A stretch of 64,000 bases of DNA from Heteronotia binoei (taxonomy: Eukaryota): assembly GCF_032191835.1 (NCBI RefSeq), contig NC_083232.1, forward strand, positions 930,001-994,000. Reading direction: 5' to 3'. Of this stretch, positions 37,133 through 48,930 are shown one piece after another. Within the stretch, counting starts at the first letter, position 1. Every line of letters starts with the position of its first letter. The notes under the pieces are model-generated. The model saw only the letters and a list, made by a program, of their open reading frames with translations, ran no database searches and was not told the origin of the DNA. Made by a program: the position numbers and the translations under genes.

Positions 37133-37859
37133 TCTGGGCGAGGGAAGCGGCCTGGCGCAGCTCAGTTCAGCCCTGCAGAGCCCAGCTCATCTCAGGCCAC
37201 AAACCATCCGAGAGACCCTGGCGGAAGAGAGGAGGAGGAAGAGACAGGATCAGGACCCTGCAGTGGATTAGCCATGGAATGAGCCCGTGCTTTGGCTGGG
37301 TTGGGTTTCTCTCTCTCTCATACACACACCGCTGCCTTCCTGGGCCATCCGACTCTGCTCAGGCAGAGGAAGTCTTTCCCCTTCCCTCCGGCCAGATCTC
37401 TTCAATAACTGGACGGAATCAAAACATCCCCGGTGCAGACTTGTCTATCCCCCTTCATTCCACTCTATGCCCAACTGCAGGGGCCCCCTGCCCACGCTCC
37501 AAAGTAGGGGGCGGAAAAAGAACCCCTCGGGCCAGCAGATGTTTCAGATGCACAACCATGTGAGTCTGTCCACAGCAGGAGGAAAGGGCCAGAGGCCAGG
37601 AGCACCCTGCTAAACATTTGGGGCCTCAGGGGAGCAGCTTTGCGAGTCACTGCAGTCGCTTCTAGCTCAGAACAGGGACCCCCCCCCCCCAACCTTTTGG
37701 CACCAGCGCCTGCTTTTTGAGCAAGACAGTTTTTCCATGGACCGGTCAGGGGCGGGAGTGGATGGTTTTGGGATGATACAACTGTGCACGTTATTTCTAT
37801 TATTACATGGTAATATATAATGAAAGAATTATACAACTCACGGCCTGGCTGCTAACAGG

Positions 37860-39240
37860 CCACAGACAGGTACTGGTGGCCAAAAAAAACCCCAGGTGCC
37901 ACCAGGAGGTTCATCAGTGGGGCCAGGGCACCAGAAGCCTTCCCACTCTTGCCCCCCAAAGCACCAAGAATACAGAGCATCATTGCCTCAGACATAAGGA
38001 CATAAGAGAAGCCATGTTGGATCAGGCCAGTGGCTCATCCAATCCAACACTCTGTGTCACATAAGGACATAAGAGAAGCCATGTTGGATCAGGCCAGTGG
38101 CCCATCCAGTCCAACACTCTGTGTCACATAAGAACATAAGAGAAGCCCTGTTGGATCAGGCCAATGGCCCATCCAGTCCAGCACTCTGTGTCACATAAGA
38201 ACATAAGAGAAGCCCTGTTGGATCAGGCCAATGGCCCATCCAGTCCAACACTCTGTGTCACATAAGAACATAAGAGAAGCCCTGTTGGATCAGGCCAGTG
38301 GCCCCTCCAGTCCAACACTCTGTGTCACATAAGAACATAAGAGAAGCCATGTTGGATCAGGCCAATGGCCCCTCCAGTCCAACACTCTGTGTCACATAAG
38401 AACATAAGAGAAGCCCTGTTGGATCAGGCCAGTGGCCCCTCCAGTCCAACACTCTGTGTCACATAAGAACATAAGAGAAGCCCTGTTGGATCAGGCCAGT
38501 GGCCCCTCCAGTCCAACACTCTGTGTCACATAAGAACATAAGAGAAGCCATGTTGGATCAGGCCAGTGGCCCCTCCAGTCCAACACTCTGTGTCACATAA
38601 GAACATAAGAGAAGCCATGTTGGATCAGGCCAATGGCCCATCCAGTCCAACACTCTGTGTCACATAAGAACATAAGAGAAGCCCTGTTGGATCAGGCCAA
38701 TGGCCCCTCCAGTCCAACACTCTGTGTCACATAAGAACATAAGAGAAGCCCTGTTGGATCAGGCCAGTGGCCCATCCAGTCCAACACTCTGTGTCACATA
38801 AGAACATAAGAGAAGCCCTGTTGGATCAGGCCAATGGCCCCTCCAGTCCAACACTCTGTGTCACATAAGAACATAAGAGAAGCCCTGTTGGATCAGGCCA
38901 GTGGCCCCTCCAGTCCAACACTCTGTGTCACATAAGAACATAAGAGAAGCCATGTTGGATCAGGCCAATGGCCCATCCAGTCCAACACTCTGTGTCACAT
39001 AAGAACATAAGAGAAGCCATGTTGGATCAGGCCAGTGGCCCATCCAGTCCAACACTCTGTGTCACATAAGAACATAAGAGAAGCCCTGTTGGATCAGGCC
39101 AGTGGCCCATCCAGTCCAACACTCTGTGTCACACAGGGGCCAAAAAAGCCCAGGTGCCATCAGGAGGTCCCCCAGTGGGTCAGGACACCAGAAGCCCTCC
39201 TACTGTTGCCCCCTCCCCCCCCCAGCACCAAGACTACTGG
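37860..39240 (-). repeat. Tandem array, about 17 x 67 bp, of a CR1 3' terminus (units 37990-39135) with flanking longer CR1 pieces
   Basis: cataagaacataagagaagcc..ccaacactctgtgtca with a 67-bp period; inside LRRC61 intron 1. Confidence 0.95.
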
Positions 39241-40780
39241 ACTCTGGCTTTTCTTACTGCAACATAGGTTTGAATGCTGCTTTTGCCACATCACAGCGCC
39301 TGAATCTGCTTCCTCTGCCATGGAGATGCAGGCTAAAGGGGTCTCCCAAGCAGCAGGAAGCCCCATTGGGCCCTGCCATTTCTATAGCAATCAAAGTCTT
39401 CAACCTGTTTGTCCTGCAAGACAGCTCAATGCACCCTCCCCACTCAGAGTCCCCTGCTCAGGTGGGAAGGCTCTTTGGTGGTGAGAGCCTGCTGGCATTC
39501 CGCACACAGAAGGTCCTCTGCGTAGCACTCACGGCTACTGGGAATGCAGAGGCACTGAGCCCAGGAGCAAGGAAGAGCCAATGCAACATCCCCCCCCCCA
39601 AACACCCACCCCCCCATTTCCCTTGCCTCAGTCACGACAGCCCCCATTTCATTCCTCGCCCATTGGAGGGGTTTTTTTTAAATGGAGGTTTACAGATCAT
39701 TATAACATAATTTTATAACTACCTACTACAAGAATATTAATTCCTACATTTCCTTTTGTAAATAAAGGCCACAGTCTTTCTTGTTGCTGATTTAAAATGT
39801 GTGCAGCCTTAGTTTTCCGCCATATAATCATGCAACAAAAAGGGATACAGGTGTAGCTTTTTAAAACATGGAATCTGGGCCCCAACAGTTTGTTGCATTA
39901 TAGCGTTATAGTGGGGGGGAGAGAGAGGAATTATTGATCTTTTAAAAATAAGCCCTCTGATCTGTGCCCGGGAGGGGGGAACAGGGGCAGAGGCAAAGGA
40001 AGTCCCATTGCCATGGGTGGGGCCTGCCAAAATGCCCACCTTCTTCCCTACATGCACCCAAGGTTTGTACTAACTCAGGTGTGGGAAAGATGGCTGCAAA
40101 GGAAAGGCAGGGGGCTGAAAACAGTGCTGCTACCGTTGCCACCATAAAGAAGCCGTGTGGGAGCAGGCCTTGGGGGCAAATGGAGATGCTGAGTGGGCCT
40201 GTTCTGTCTGCAGCTGCCGCTTCTGAGCTGAGAGGCCTGGCCCCGGCTTCCTCATAAAGGCGGCCTGCCTGAGAAGTGGGGCCAGGTGGACTCATCCTGC
40301 AAGTGCTGCTCAGAAGAGGCAGTGAGGCCTAGTGGTCAGCAGTGTGAAGGGGGGGGGAGCTCGCATGGCTCCTCGGCCCCATAGCTGACAGGGTGCCTGT
40401 GGGCTGGTTCCTCTCTGGCTCTCAGCCTTGCCTACCTCGCAGGGTTGTTGTGAGGCTCAGGGAGGGGCAGAGGGGGCGCTTGCCCTGAGTGCCGCCAAAG
40501 GGGGAGGGGCGCCAAATTGGGTATGGAGTCCATTCTATTCTATGGGCCCACAAGGGGGCTTCATTTTTCAATTTTGCTCCCCCCCCTCCAAAAACATGTC
40601 GATCCGGTCCTGGTGAGGCTGCGCAGGAGACGGCACCTCCTCTGGGAGCCCCCACACAGCTGCCTTCAGCCCCACGGTGCCAGGGAGGGGTGGAGGAGGG
40701 CTGGGCGGGCAGCAGAGCTCCAGCAGGCCCTCCCTTGCTCTGGGGGCCAAGGCAGCGGCCCACTGCCGCCCTCCCCATCT

Positions 40781-41255
40781 AGGGTTGCCAAGTCCAATTC
40801 AAGAAATATCTGGGAGCCAGGAGCAAGGCTGTGACAAGCTTCATAGATCTGGCCATCGCATTGAAAGGGACCACACTCCTTTTAAATGCCTTCCCTCCAC
40901 CGGAAATAATGAAGGATAGGGGCACCTTCTTTCGGGGATCATGGAATTGGACCCTCTGCTCCAATCCTTTTGAAACTGGGAGGGTATTTTGGAGACAGGC
41001 ATCGGATGCTGTACTGCAAATTTGGTGCCTCTGCCTCAAAAACAAACAAAAAAAAAACAGCGCCCCCCCCCCCGGATCCCCAGATGCTAGCAGATCAATT
41101 CACCATTATACCCTATGGGAATCGGTCTCCATAGGGAATAATGAAGTGCCCAGCAGACATTCTCCCCCCCCCCCCCCGCTTTCTGATGACCCTGAAGCAG
41201 GGGGGGGCCTCCAAACCGGGAGATCCCCTGCCCCCACCCGGGGATTGGCAGCGCC
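40781..41255. mobile_element. Non-autonomous DNA transposon abutting the LRRC61 CpG island
   Basis: tagggttgccaagtcc... ends; homologous to 22696-23235. Confidence 0.65.
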
Positions 41256-41730
41256 ATGACCCCGTCTCCCTGCGAGGAGGAGGAGGAAGAGCGCCAGGCC
41301 TCCCCCACCCCGGCCCAGGCGGCACCCTCTCCCCTCCCCCCCCGGGGCTTTTGCCCCCAGCCGCCGCCGGCGGAGGAGGAGGAGGAGGCAGCGCTGCCCG
41401 CCATGCCCTGCTGCAGCCAGGCCGAGCCTCCCGCCCCTCCGCGCCAGCCCAGCCCGGGCCTCCCCCCACCCCCGTCGGGGCCGCCGCCTCCAGGGCAACC
41501 CGCCGCCTCCTACCTGCCGCCTGCACAGCCCCGCGGTGGCCGCCCCCTGCCTCTCTCGCCCCGCCCCCGCCCCCGCCCCGGCAGCCGCAGAGAACGTCCA
41601 GGCGGGGCGCGCCTGCCAGCAGCAGGGCGATGGGAAAGACACCCGCCCGTGTCGTCATGCCCGGCAAAAACCGATGGCGCCGCCTCATTGGGAGCGCTGC
41701 CTGCAGTTCTGGGCGCCGCACCGCAAAAAA
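41256..41730 (-). promoter_or_regulatory. LRRC61: CpG-island promoter and non-coding exon 1 of LRRC61
   Basis: CpG-dense; GC boxes ccccgccccc; minus-strand CCAAT at 41687-41691; donor CAG|gtagga after 41514. Confidence 0.7.
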
Positions 41731-42395
41731 GGATATTCTGGCATTGGAGAAAGGGCAGAAAAGGGCAACTAGAAGGATTCAAGGGTTGCAACACTTTCCC
41801 TAGGAAGAAAGGTTGAAACGCTTGGGGCTCTTTAGCTTGGAGAAACGTCGACTGTGGGGTGACATGATAGAGGTTTACAAGATTATGCATGGGATGGAGA
41901 AGATAGAGAAAGAAGTACTTTTCTCCCTTTCTCACAATACAAGAACTCGTGGGCATTCAATGAAATTGCTGAGGTTAAAACGGATAAAAGGAAGTCTTTC
42001 TTCACCCAAAGGGTGATTAACTTGTGGAATTCACTGCCACAGGAGGAGCAGAGGTCCACCAGTGGCTATTAGCCATAGCATATTATTGGAACTGTCTGGG
42101 GCAGTGATGCTCTGTATTCTTGGTGCTTCATGGGGGGGGGAGCAAACTGGAAGGGCTTCTAGACCCACTTATGAACCTTCTGATGGCACTTGGGGGGGGG
42201 GGTTGCCCCTGTGTGACACAGTGTTGGACTGGAGGGGCCATTGGCCTGATCCAACATGGCTTCTCTTATGTTCTTATGTCTGGAGCAGTGATGCTCTGTA
42301 TTCTTGGTACTTGGGAGGGGGAGTGAGAGGGCTTCTAGTGTCCTGGCCCCACTGGTGGACCTCCTGATTGCACCTGGGGGTTTTTGGCCTGTGTG
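41625..42395 (+). mobile_element. CR1 ORF2 C-terminus and 3' UTR; its 5' ~100 bp lie inside the CpG island
   Basis: QFWAPHRKK / KDILALEKGQKRATRRI / EERLKRLGLFSLEKRRLWGDMIEVYKIMHG. Confidence 0.85.
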
Positions 42396-45345
42396 ACACA
42401 GAGTGTTGGACTGGAAGGGCCATTGGCCTGATCCAACAGGGCTTCTCTTATGTTCTTATGTGACACAGAGTGTTGGACTGGAGGGGCCATTGGCCTGATC
42501 CAAAATGGCTTCTTTTCTTTTCTTATGTGACACAGAGTGTTGGACTGGAGGGACCATTGGCCTGATCCAACAGGGCTTCTCTTATGTGACACAGAGTGTT
42601 GGACTGGAGGGGCCATTGGCCTGATCCAACATGGCTTCTCTTATGTGTCACAGAGTGTTGGACTGGAGGGGCCATTGGCCTGATCCAACAGGGCTTCTCT
42701 TATGTGTCACAGAGTGTTGGACTGGAGGGGCCATTGGCCTGATCCAACATGGCTTCTCTTATGTGACACAGAGTGTTGGACTGGAGGGGCCATTGGCCTG
42801 ATCCAACATGGCTTCTCTTATGTGACACAGAGTGTTGGACTGAAGGGGCCACTGACCTGATCCAACAGGGCTTCTCTTATGTGACACAGAGTGTTGGACT
42901 GGATGGGCCACTGGCCTGATCCAACAGGGCTTCTCTTATGTTCTTATGTGACACAGAGTGTTGGACTGGATGGGCCATTGGCCTGATCCAACAGGGCTTT
43001 CTCTTATGTTCTTATGTGACACAGAGTGTTGGACTGGAAGGGCCATTGGCCTGATCCAACATGGCTTCTCTTATGTGACACAGAGTGTTGGACTGGAGGG
43101 GCCATTGGCCTGATCCAACAGGGCTTCTCTTATGTTCTTATGTGACACAGAGTGTTGGACTGGAAGGGCCATTGGCCTGATCCAACATGGCTTCTCTTAT
43201 GTTCTTATGTGACACAGAGTGTTGGACTGGATGGGCCACTGGCCTGATCCAACAGGGCTTCTCTTATGTTCTTATGTGACACAGAGTGTTGGACTGGATG
43301 GGCCATTGGCCTGATCCAACAGGGCTTTCTCTTATGTTCTTATGTGACACAGAGTGTTGGACTGGAGGGGCCATTGGCCTGATCCAACAGGGCTTCTCTT
43401 ATGTTCTTATGTGACACAGAGTGTTGGACTGGATGGGCCATTGGCCTGATCCAACAGGGCTTTCTCTTATGTTCTTATGTGACACAGAGTGTTGGACTGG
43501 AAGGGCCATTGGCCTGATCCAACATGGCTTCTCTTATGTGACACAGAGTGTTGGACTGGAAGGGCCATTGGCCTGATCCAACAGGGCTTCTCTTATGTTC
43601 TTATGTGACACAGAGTGTTGGACTGGAGGGGCCATTGGCCTGATCCAAAATGGCTTCTTTTCTTTTCTTATGTGACACAGAGTGTTGGACTGGAGGGACC
43701 ATTGGCCTGATCCAACAGGGCTTCTCTTATGTGACACAGAGTGTTGGACTGGAGGGGCCATTGGCCTGATCCAACATGGCTTCTCTTATGTGTCACAGAG
43801 TGTTGGACTGGAGGGGCCATTGGCCTGATCCAACAGGGCTTCTCTTATGTGACACAGAGTGTTGGACTGGATGGGCCACTGGCCTGATCCAACAGGGCTT
43901 CTCTTATGTTCTTATGTGACACAGAGTGTTGGACTGGATGGGCCATTGGCCTGATCCAACAGGGCTTTCTCTTATGTTTTTATGTGACACAGAGTGTTGG
44001 ACTGGAAGGGCCATTGGCCTGATCCAACATGGCTTCTCTTATGTGACACAGAGTGTTGGACTGGAGGGGCCATTGGCCTGATCCAACAGGGCTTCTCTTA
44101 TGTTCTTATGTGACACAGAGTGTTGGACTGGAAGGGCCATTGGCCTGATCCAACATGGCTTCTCTTATGTTCTTATGTGACACAGAGTGTTGGACTGGAT
44201 GGGCCACTGGCCTGATCCAACAGGGCTTCTCTTATGTTCTTATGTGACACAGAGTGTTGGACTGGATGGGCCATTGGCCTGATCCAACAGGGCTTTCTCT
44301 TATGTTCTTATGTGACACAGAGTGTTGGACTGGAGGGGCCATTGGCCTGATCCAACAGGGCTTCTCTTATGTTCTTATGTGACACAGAGTGTTGGACTGG
44401 ATGGGCCATTGGCCTGATCCAACAGGGCTTTCTCTTATGTTCTTATGTGACACAGAGTGTTGGACTGGAAGGGCCATTGGCCTGATCCAACATGGCTTCT
44501 CTTATGTGACACAGAGTGTTGGACTGGAAGGGCCATTGGCCTGATCCAACATGGCTTCTCTTATGTTCTTATGTGACACAGAGTGTTGGACTGGATGGGC
44601 CATTGGCCTGATCCAACAGGGCTTCTCTTATGTTCTTATGTGACACAGAGTGTTGGACTGGAAGGGCCATTGGCCTGATCCAACATGGCTTCTCTTATGT
44701 GACACAGAGTGTTGGACTGGAAGGGCCATTGGCCTGATCCAACATGGCTTCTCTTATGTGACACAGAGTGTTGGACTGGAAGGGCCATTGGCCTGATCCA
44801 ACATGGCTTCTCTTATGTTCTTATGTGACACAGAGTGTTGGACTGGATGGGCCATTGGCCTGATCCAACAGGGCTTCTCTTATGTTCTTATGTGACACAG
44901 AGTGTTGGACTGGAAGGGCCATTGGCCTGATCCAACATGGCTTCTCTTATGTGACACAGAGTGTTGGACTGGATGGGCCACTGGCCTGATCCAACAGGGC
45001 TTCTCTTATGTTCTTATGTGACACAGAGTGTTGGACTGGATGGGCCATTGGCCTGATCCAACAGGGCTTCTCTTATGTTCTTATGTGACACAGAGTGTTG
45101 GACTGGAGGGGCCACTGGCCTGATCCAACAGGGCTTCTCTTATGTTCTTATGTGACACAGAGTGTTGGACTGGAAGGGCCACTGGCCTGATCCAACAGGG
45201 CTTCTCTTATGTGACACAGAGTGCTGGACTGGATGGGCAATTGGCCTGATCCAACAGGGCTTCTCTTATGTTCTTATGTGACACAGAGTGTTGGACTGGA
45301 GGGGCCATTGGCCTAATCCAACAGGGCTTCTCTTATGTTCTTATG
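42395..45345 (+). repeat. Tandem array, about 45-47 units of 59 and 67 bp, of a CR1 3' terminus
   Basis: tgacacagagtgttggactgga..ttctcttatg(ttcttatg); reverse complement of the 37990-39135 array. Confidence 0.95.
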
Positions 45346-45561
45346 AGCCCAAGGTTCTTGCCCACCACAACACTGCCCAACAAAGGCAGGAGGGAAGGGA
45401 GGGAGGAATTCTCGCCTGCTGTTGTTTGTGCTGGTCCCCCCCCCTTTCTGGATGGCCTCCCCCCTCTGCCACAGAGGTTTCTAGGAGGTTTTCTAGGAGA
45501 CCTTGGGCCTGTCACACATTTGCCTAACCTGCCTCACAGGGGTGTTGTGAGCATAAAGCGG

Positions 45562-45838
45562 AGGAGAGAAGAACGGCATAAATGGCTTCAGGTTCCCCAC
45601 TGGGGAAAAAGAAGCAGACTGCAGTTTTATACCCCGCCCTTCTCTCTGAATCAGAGACTCAGAGCGGCTTACAATCTCCTTTATCTTCTTCCCCCACAAG
45701 ACACCCTGTGAGGTGGGTGGGGCTGAGAGTGGTCTCACAGCAGCTGCCCTTTCAAGGACAACTCCTGCGAGAGAATCAACCCCGGTTCTCCCAGATAAGA
45801 GTCCGCACACTTAACCACTACACCAAACTGGCTCTCTG
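45562..45838 (-). mobile_element. CORE-SINE (Squam3-like) with internal deletion
   Basis: Head and tail present; part of the CORE region is missing. Confidence 0.75.
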
Positions 45839-45924
45839 GGAGGAGGGCATGGTGTAAATGAAGTAAAACTTTAAATATATATATAACCCTGAAGCAATCC
45901 AGACTAAGGGCAAAATTTAATTGG

Positions 45925-45930
45925 TTTATT
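45925..45930 (-). terminator. Poly(A) signal, probable ZNF467 3' end
   Basis: Minus-strand AATAAA in an AT-rich tract about 550 nt after the stop codon. Confidence 0.6.
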
Positions 45931-46480
45931 TTTGTTTATATCAGAAAAACCATTTTTTAAAAAAATGTAATTTACACTTGCCTTATGATGCTACTAAAAT
46001 GATTGTTTGTTTGTTTTTTACCATTCCATTATTTTTAAAAGTTGAAATGAATGGATGCCAGGTAAATATACTCAGGTCTGTGCGATTTTCTGCAAGGGCA
46101 GAGTTTGGGTCTCAGTTCAGGATTCGGCATCCTCAGGTCCCCCCCTCCCCCCACCTGCTCTTGTTGCGCTCAGAAAGTTGAGTTTCCCCTCCAGTTGGCC
46201 CTAAAGACATCTTTGAAAATAGGCGGGCAGGCCCTGGTGACGGACACCTCACACCAGCCATTCCCTACCTCCTTCTATCAAGCAACACCAAGTTTCCTTC
46301 CGTTTAAGTAGATTGCTTGAAACGATGGCCAGAATTATGCAAAGAGTGCAGATGTATGAAACTGGCTTTGATTTATAGTTCCTACAGGACAGCAATACTC
46401 CTTGGCGTAGAATGGTGGGGCCGAGGGGATCTTTGTCTGGATTTTGGTTCACACAGGCCTGGATTTCCGCCCACTGCCTG

Positions 46481-48405
46481 TCACTGCCAGGCTGCCTCAA
46501 AAGCGATGGGGAGAAGGAGCGGCTGCTGCTCTGGCGGGGGGTGCTGCTGAGGCAAAGCCATCTGGGGCAGGGGAGGGGGCCACGCGGGAGCACAGGCCAC
46601 GGGGGCGCTGGTGTGAGTGCGCTCGTGGCGCAGGAGGTGCGTCTTGCGGCTGAAGCTGCGGGCACAGTGGGTGCAGATGTACGGGCGCAGGCCAGTGTGC
46701 ACTGCTTGGTGCCGCACCAAATTGGTCTTGGAGCTGAAGCGGCGTGGGCACTGGGCGCAGGCGTGAGGACGAAGGCCCGTGTGCACAGCTTCGTGCCGGG
46801 CCAGGTGGGACTTCCGGCTGAACGCCCGGCCACACAGCGGGCAGGCAAAGGGACGCTGTCCAGCGTGGGATTTGATGTGCGCCAGCAAGCTGGCCCGAGT
46901 GCTAAAGGTGCGGCCGCACTGAGCGCAAGAGAATGGCCGCTCGGCCGAGTGCTGGTTGCGCCGATGTCTCTGCAGGTGTCGCTTGTGGGCAAAGCACCGT
47001 CCGCACTCGCCACAGGCAAAGGGGCGCTGCCCAGCGTGGCCACCGCACTGGTGGGCAGCCAAGCCAGCCCGATGGGCAAAGCTTCTTTCGCAGTGTGGGC
47101 AAGCATACGGCAGAAGGCCCATGTGCCCTCGCAGGTGCGCTGTCAGGTGGCGCTTATCGCTGAAGCCCCTCCCGCACTCGGCGCAAGAAAAAGGGCGCCC
47201 GCCCTCAGCGTGGAGCCGCTGGTGGGAGGCCAGATTCTTCCTCCAGGCAAAGGCCTTCCCGCAGTCGGAGCACAGGAAGGGCTTCTCTTCGGGCAACGGG
47301 CAGGAGCCGGCCTCCTCCTCCGCCTCCTCCGGTTCTGTCTTGCTAACCTGTTCCATGCAAAGCGTGCTGTTCCCGGCCTCCCCCGGCACCCCACACGGCG
47401 TGCCCCGGGGCCCCTGCTCAGGACACACTAGGCCAGCAGCCAGGGTCTCTCTCTGCCGGGGGAGGCCCATGCAAGGGACTCGGCCCAGTTCTTGTTCAGT
47501 CGGAACTTTAAAAAGGGCCGGACCCATAAACGGTTCTGGCGGTCCCATGCAGGAGGCGAGAACCTGCCCCGGGTCTGCCTCTTCCCTGTACGGCGGGGCC
47601 GCTTGCCCCAGTTCCCGCTGGTCCCTGCAGGGGGCAACAGTCTGGCCTAGTTCTGGGAAAGGGGCTGGGGGCTGGCCAAGTCCCGTTTGCTCCCTGTGGG
47701 GCTCTGTGTCCTGCCCAGGCTGAAGTTCGTGGCCGTAGGGCTCTGGCCTCTGCCCCGGCTCCGCGTGGTCCCTGCAGGCTGCGTTCCCTCCCTCGTGGAG
47801 CTGCTGGTGCCGCAAGAGGTGCCGGCGATGCACAAAGCTCCGGGAGCAGAGGGGGCAGGCGTGGGGGCGCTCCCCGGTGTGGGTCAGCTGGTGGCGCACC
47901 AGGTGGGTCTTCTTGCGGAAGGTCTTGGGGCAGCGGTCGCAGGGGAAGGGCCTCTCCCCCGTGTGCACGCGCTCGTGGGAGCCCAGGTGGATCTTCTGGG
48001 AGAAGCGGCGGCCGCAGTGGGTGCAGGCAAATGGGCGCTCTCCAGTGTGCACCCGGGCGTGCCGGGTCAGGTGGGCCTTCTTCCCAAAGGCCTTGCCGCA
48101 CTGAGAGCAAGCAAAGGGGCGTGGGCGGGGGTCTCCGTGGCCCCCCTCCAGTGGGGCTCCGGGATGCTCACACCGGGGACAGCCCAGCGGCTTCTCCTCG
48201 TTCAACATCTGCCACTGCTGCAGCGCCAGGCCCGAGAGCTCGCCCAGCCCTCCGTGGGCACCGTACCCTTCCCCGGCATGCAGGCCCTCCGACTTGCAGA
48301 CGCCCCCTACAGGCAGCCCCGATAGCAGCACCTCTGCGCTCAGCCCGGCCGGCCACTCCGAGTAGTCTTCAGCTTCGACCTTCACCGTCCGGATCAGCCA
48401 CTCAC
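46481..48405 (-). CDS. ZNF467: Zinc finger protein 467, last exon (12 C2H2 fingers, 4+8)
   Basis: GEWLIRTVKVE, KKAHLTRH, SQKIHLGSH, RKKTHLVRH, WRKNLASH, SRKSHL, SSKTNLVRH and SRKTHL match recalled human ZNF467; acceptor ccccacag| at 48406/48405, phase 1. Confidence 0.92.
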
Positions 48406-48579
48406 CTGTGGGGATCGAGGACAGAGAGAGAAAGCGAGAGATCAGGAGGGCAGGAGGGAGAGCAGACTGTGGGTGAAGACAGCCACAGAGCAGGCGCTCC
48501 AATTGGGGTCATGGAAGACCTCCGCTGGAGTGGTCTGGCCTGCCTTTCTCTAACCGGGGGGGGGGGGGGAGTCCCCAAG

Positions 48580-48930
48580 GTCATAGAATCCTAGAGTTGG
48601 AAGGGACCTCCAGGGTCATCTAGTCCAACCCCCCCTGCACAATGCAGGAAACTCACAAACACCTCCCCCCAAATTCACAGGATCCTCATTGCTATCAGAC
48701 GGCCATCTAGCCTCTGTTTCAAAACCTTCAAGGAAGGAGAGCCCACCATGTCCCGAAGAATCCTAGAGTGGGAAGGAACCTCCAGGGTCATCTAGTCCAA
48801 CCCCCCCCTGCACAATGCAGGAAACTCACAAACATCTCCCCCTAAATTCACAGGATCCTCATTGCTGTCAGAGGGCCATCCAGTCTCTGTTTAAAAACCT
48901 CCAAGGAAGGAGAGCCCCCCACCTCCTGAG
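48580..48930 (-). mobile_element. Two tandem CR1 3' ends
   Basis: Same family as the 100-bp array. Confidence 0.8.

Noticed and set aside
36050-37282. 410-aa plus-strand ORF
   Set aside because: Antisense shadow of the LRRC61 coding exon.
41087-41956. Six-frame ORFs of 105-220 aa in the LRRC61 island (likewise 55458-56697 in the ZNF467 island)
   Set aside because: Stop-codon depletion in very GC-rich DNA; low-complexity Pro/Ala/Gly/Arg translations; the right part is CR1.
17511-45345. Regular short repeats resembling CRISPR arrays
   Set aside because: Units are contiguous with no unique spacers, derive from CR1 3' ends and lie in a vertebrate genome.
46412-48594. Several plus-strand ORFs of 187-339 aa
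   Set aside because: Antisense shadows of ZNF467.
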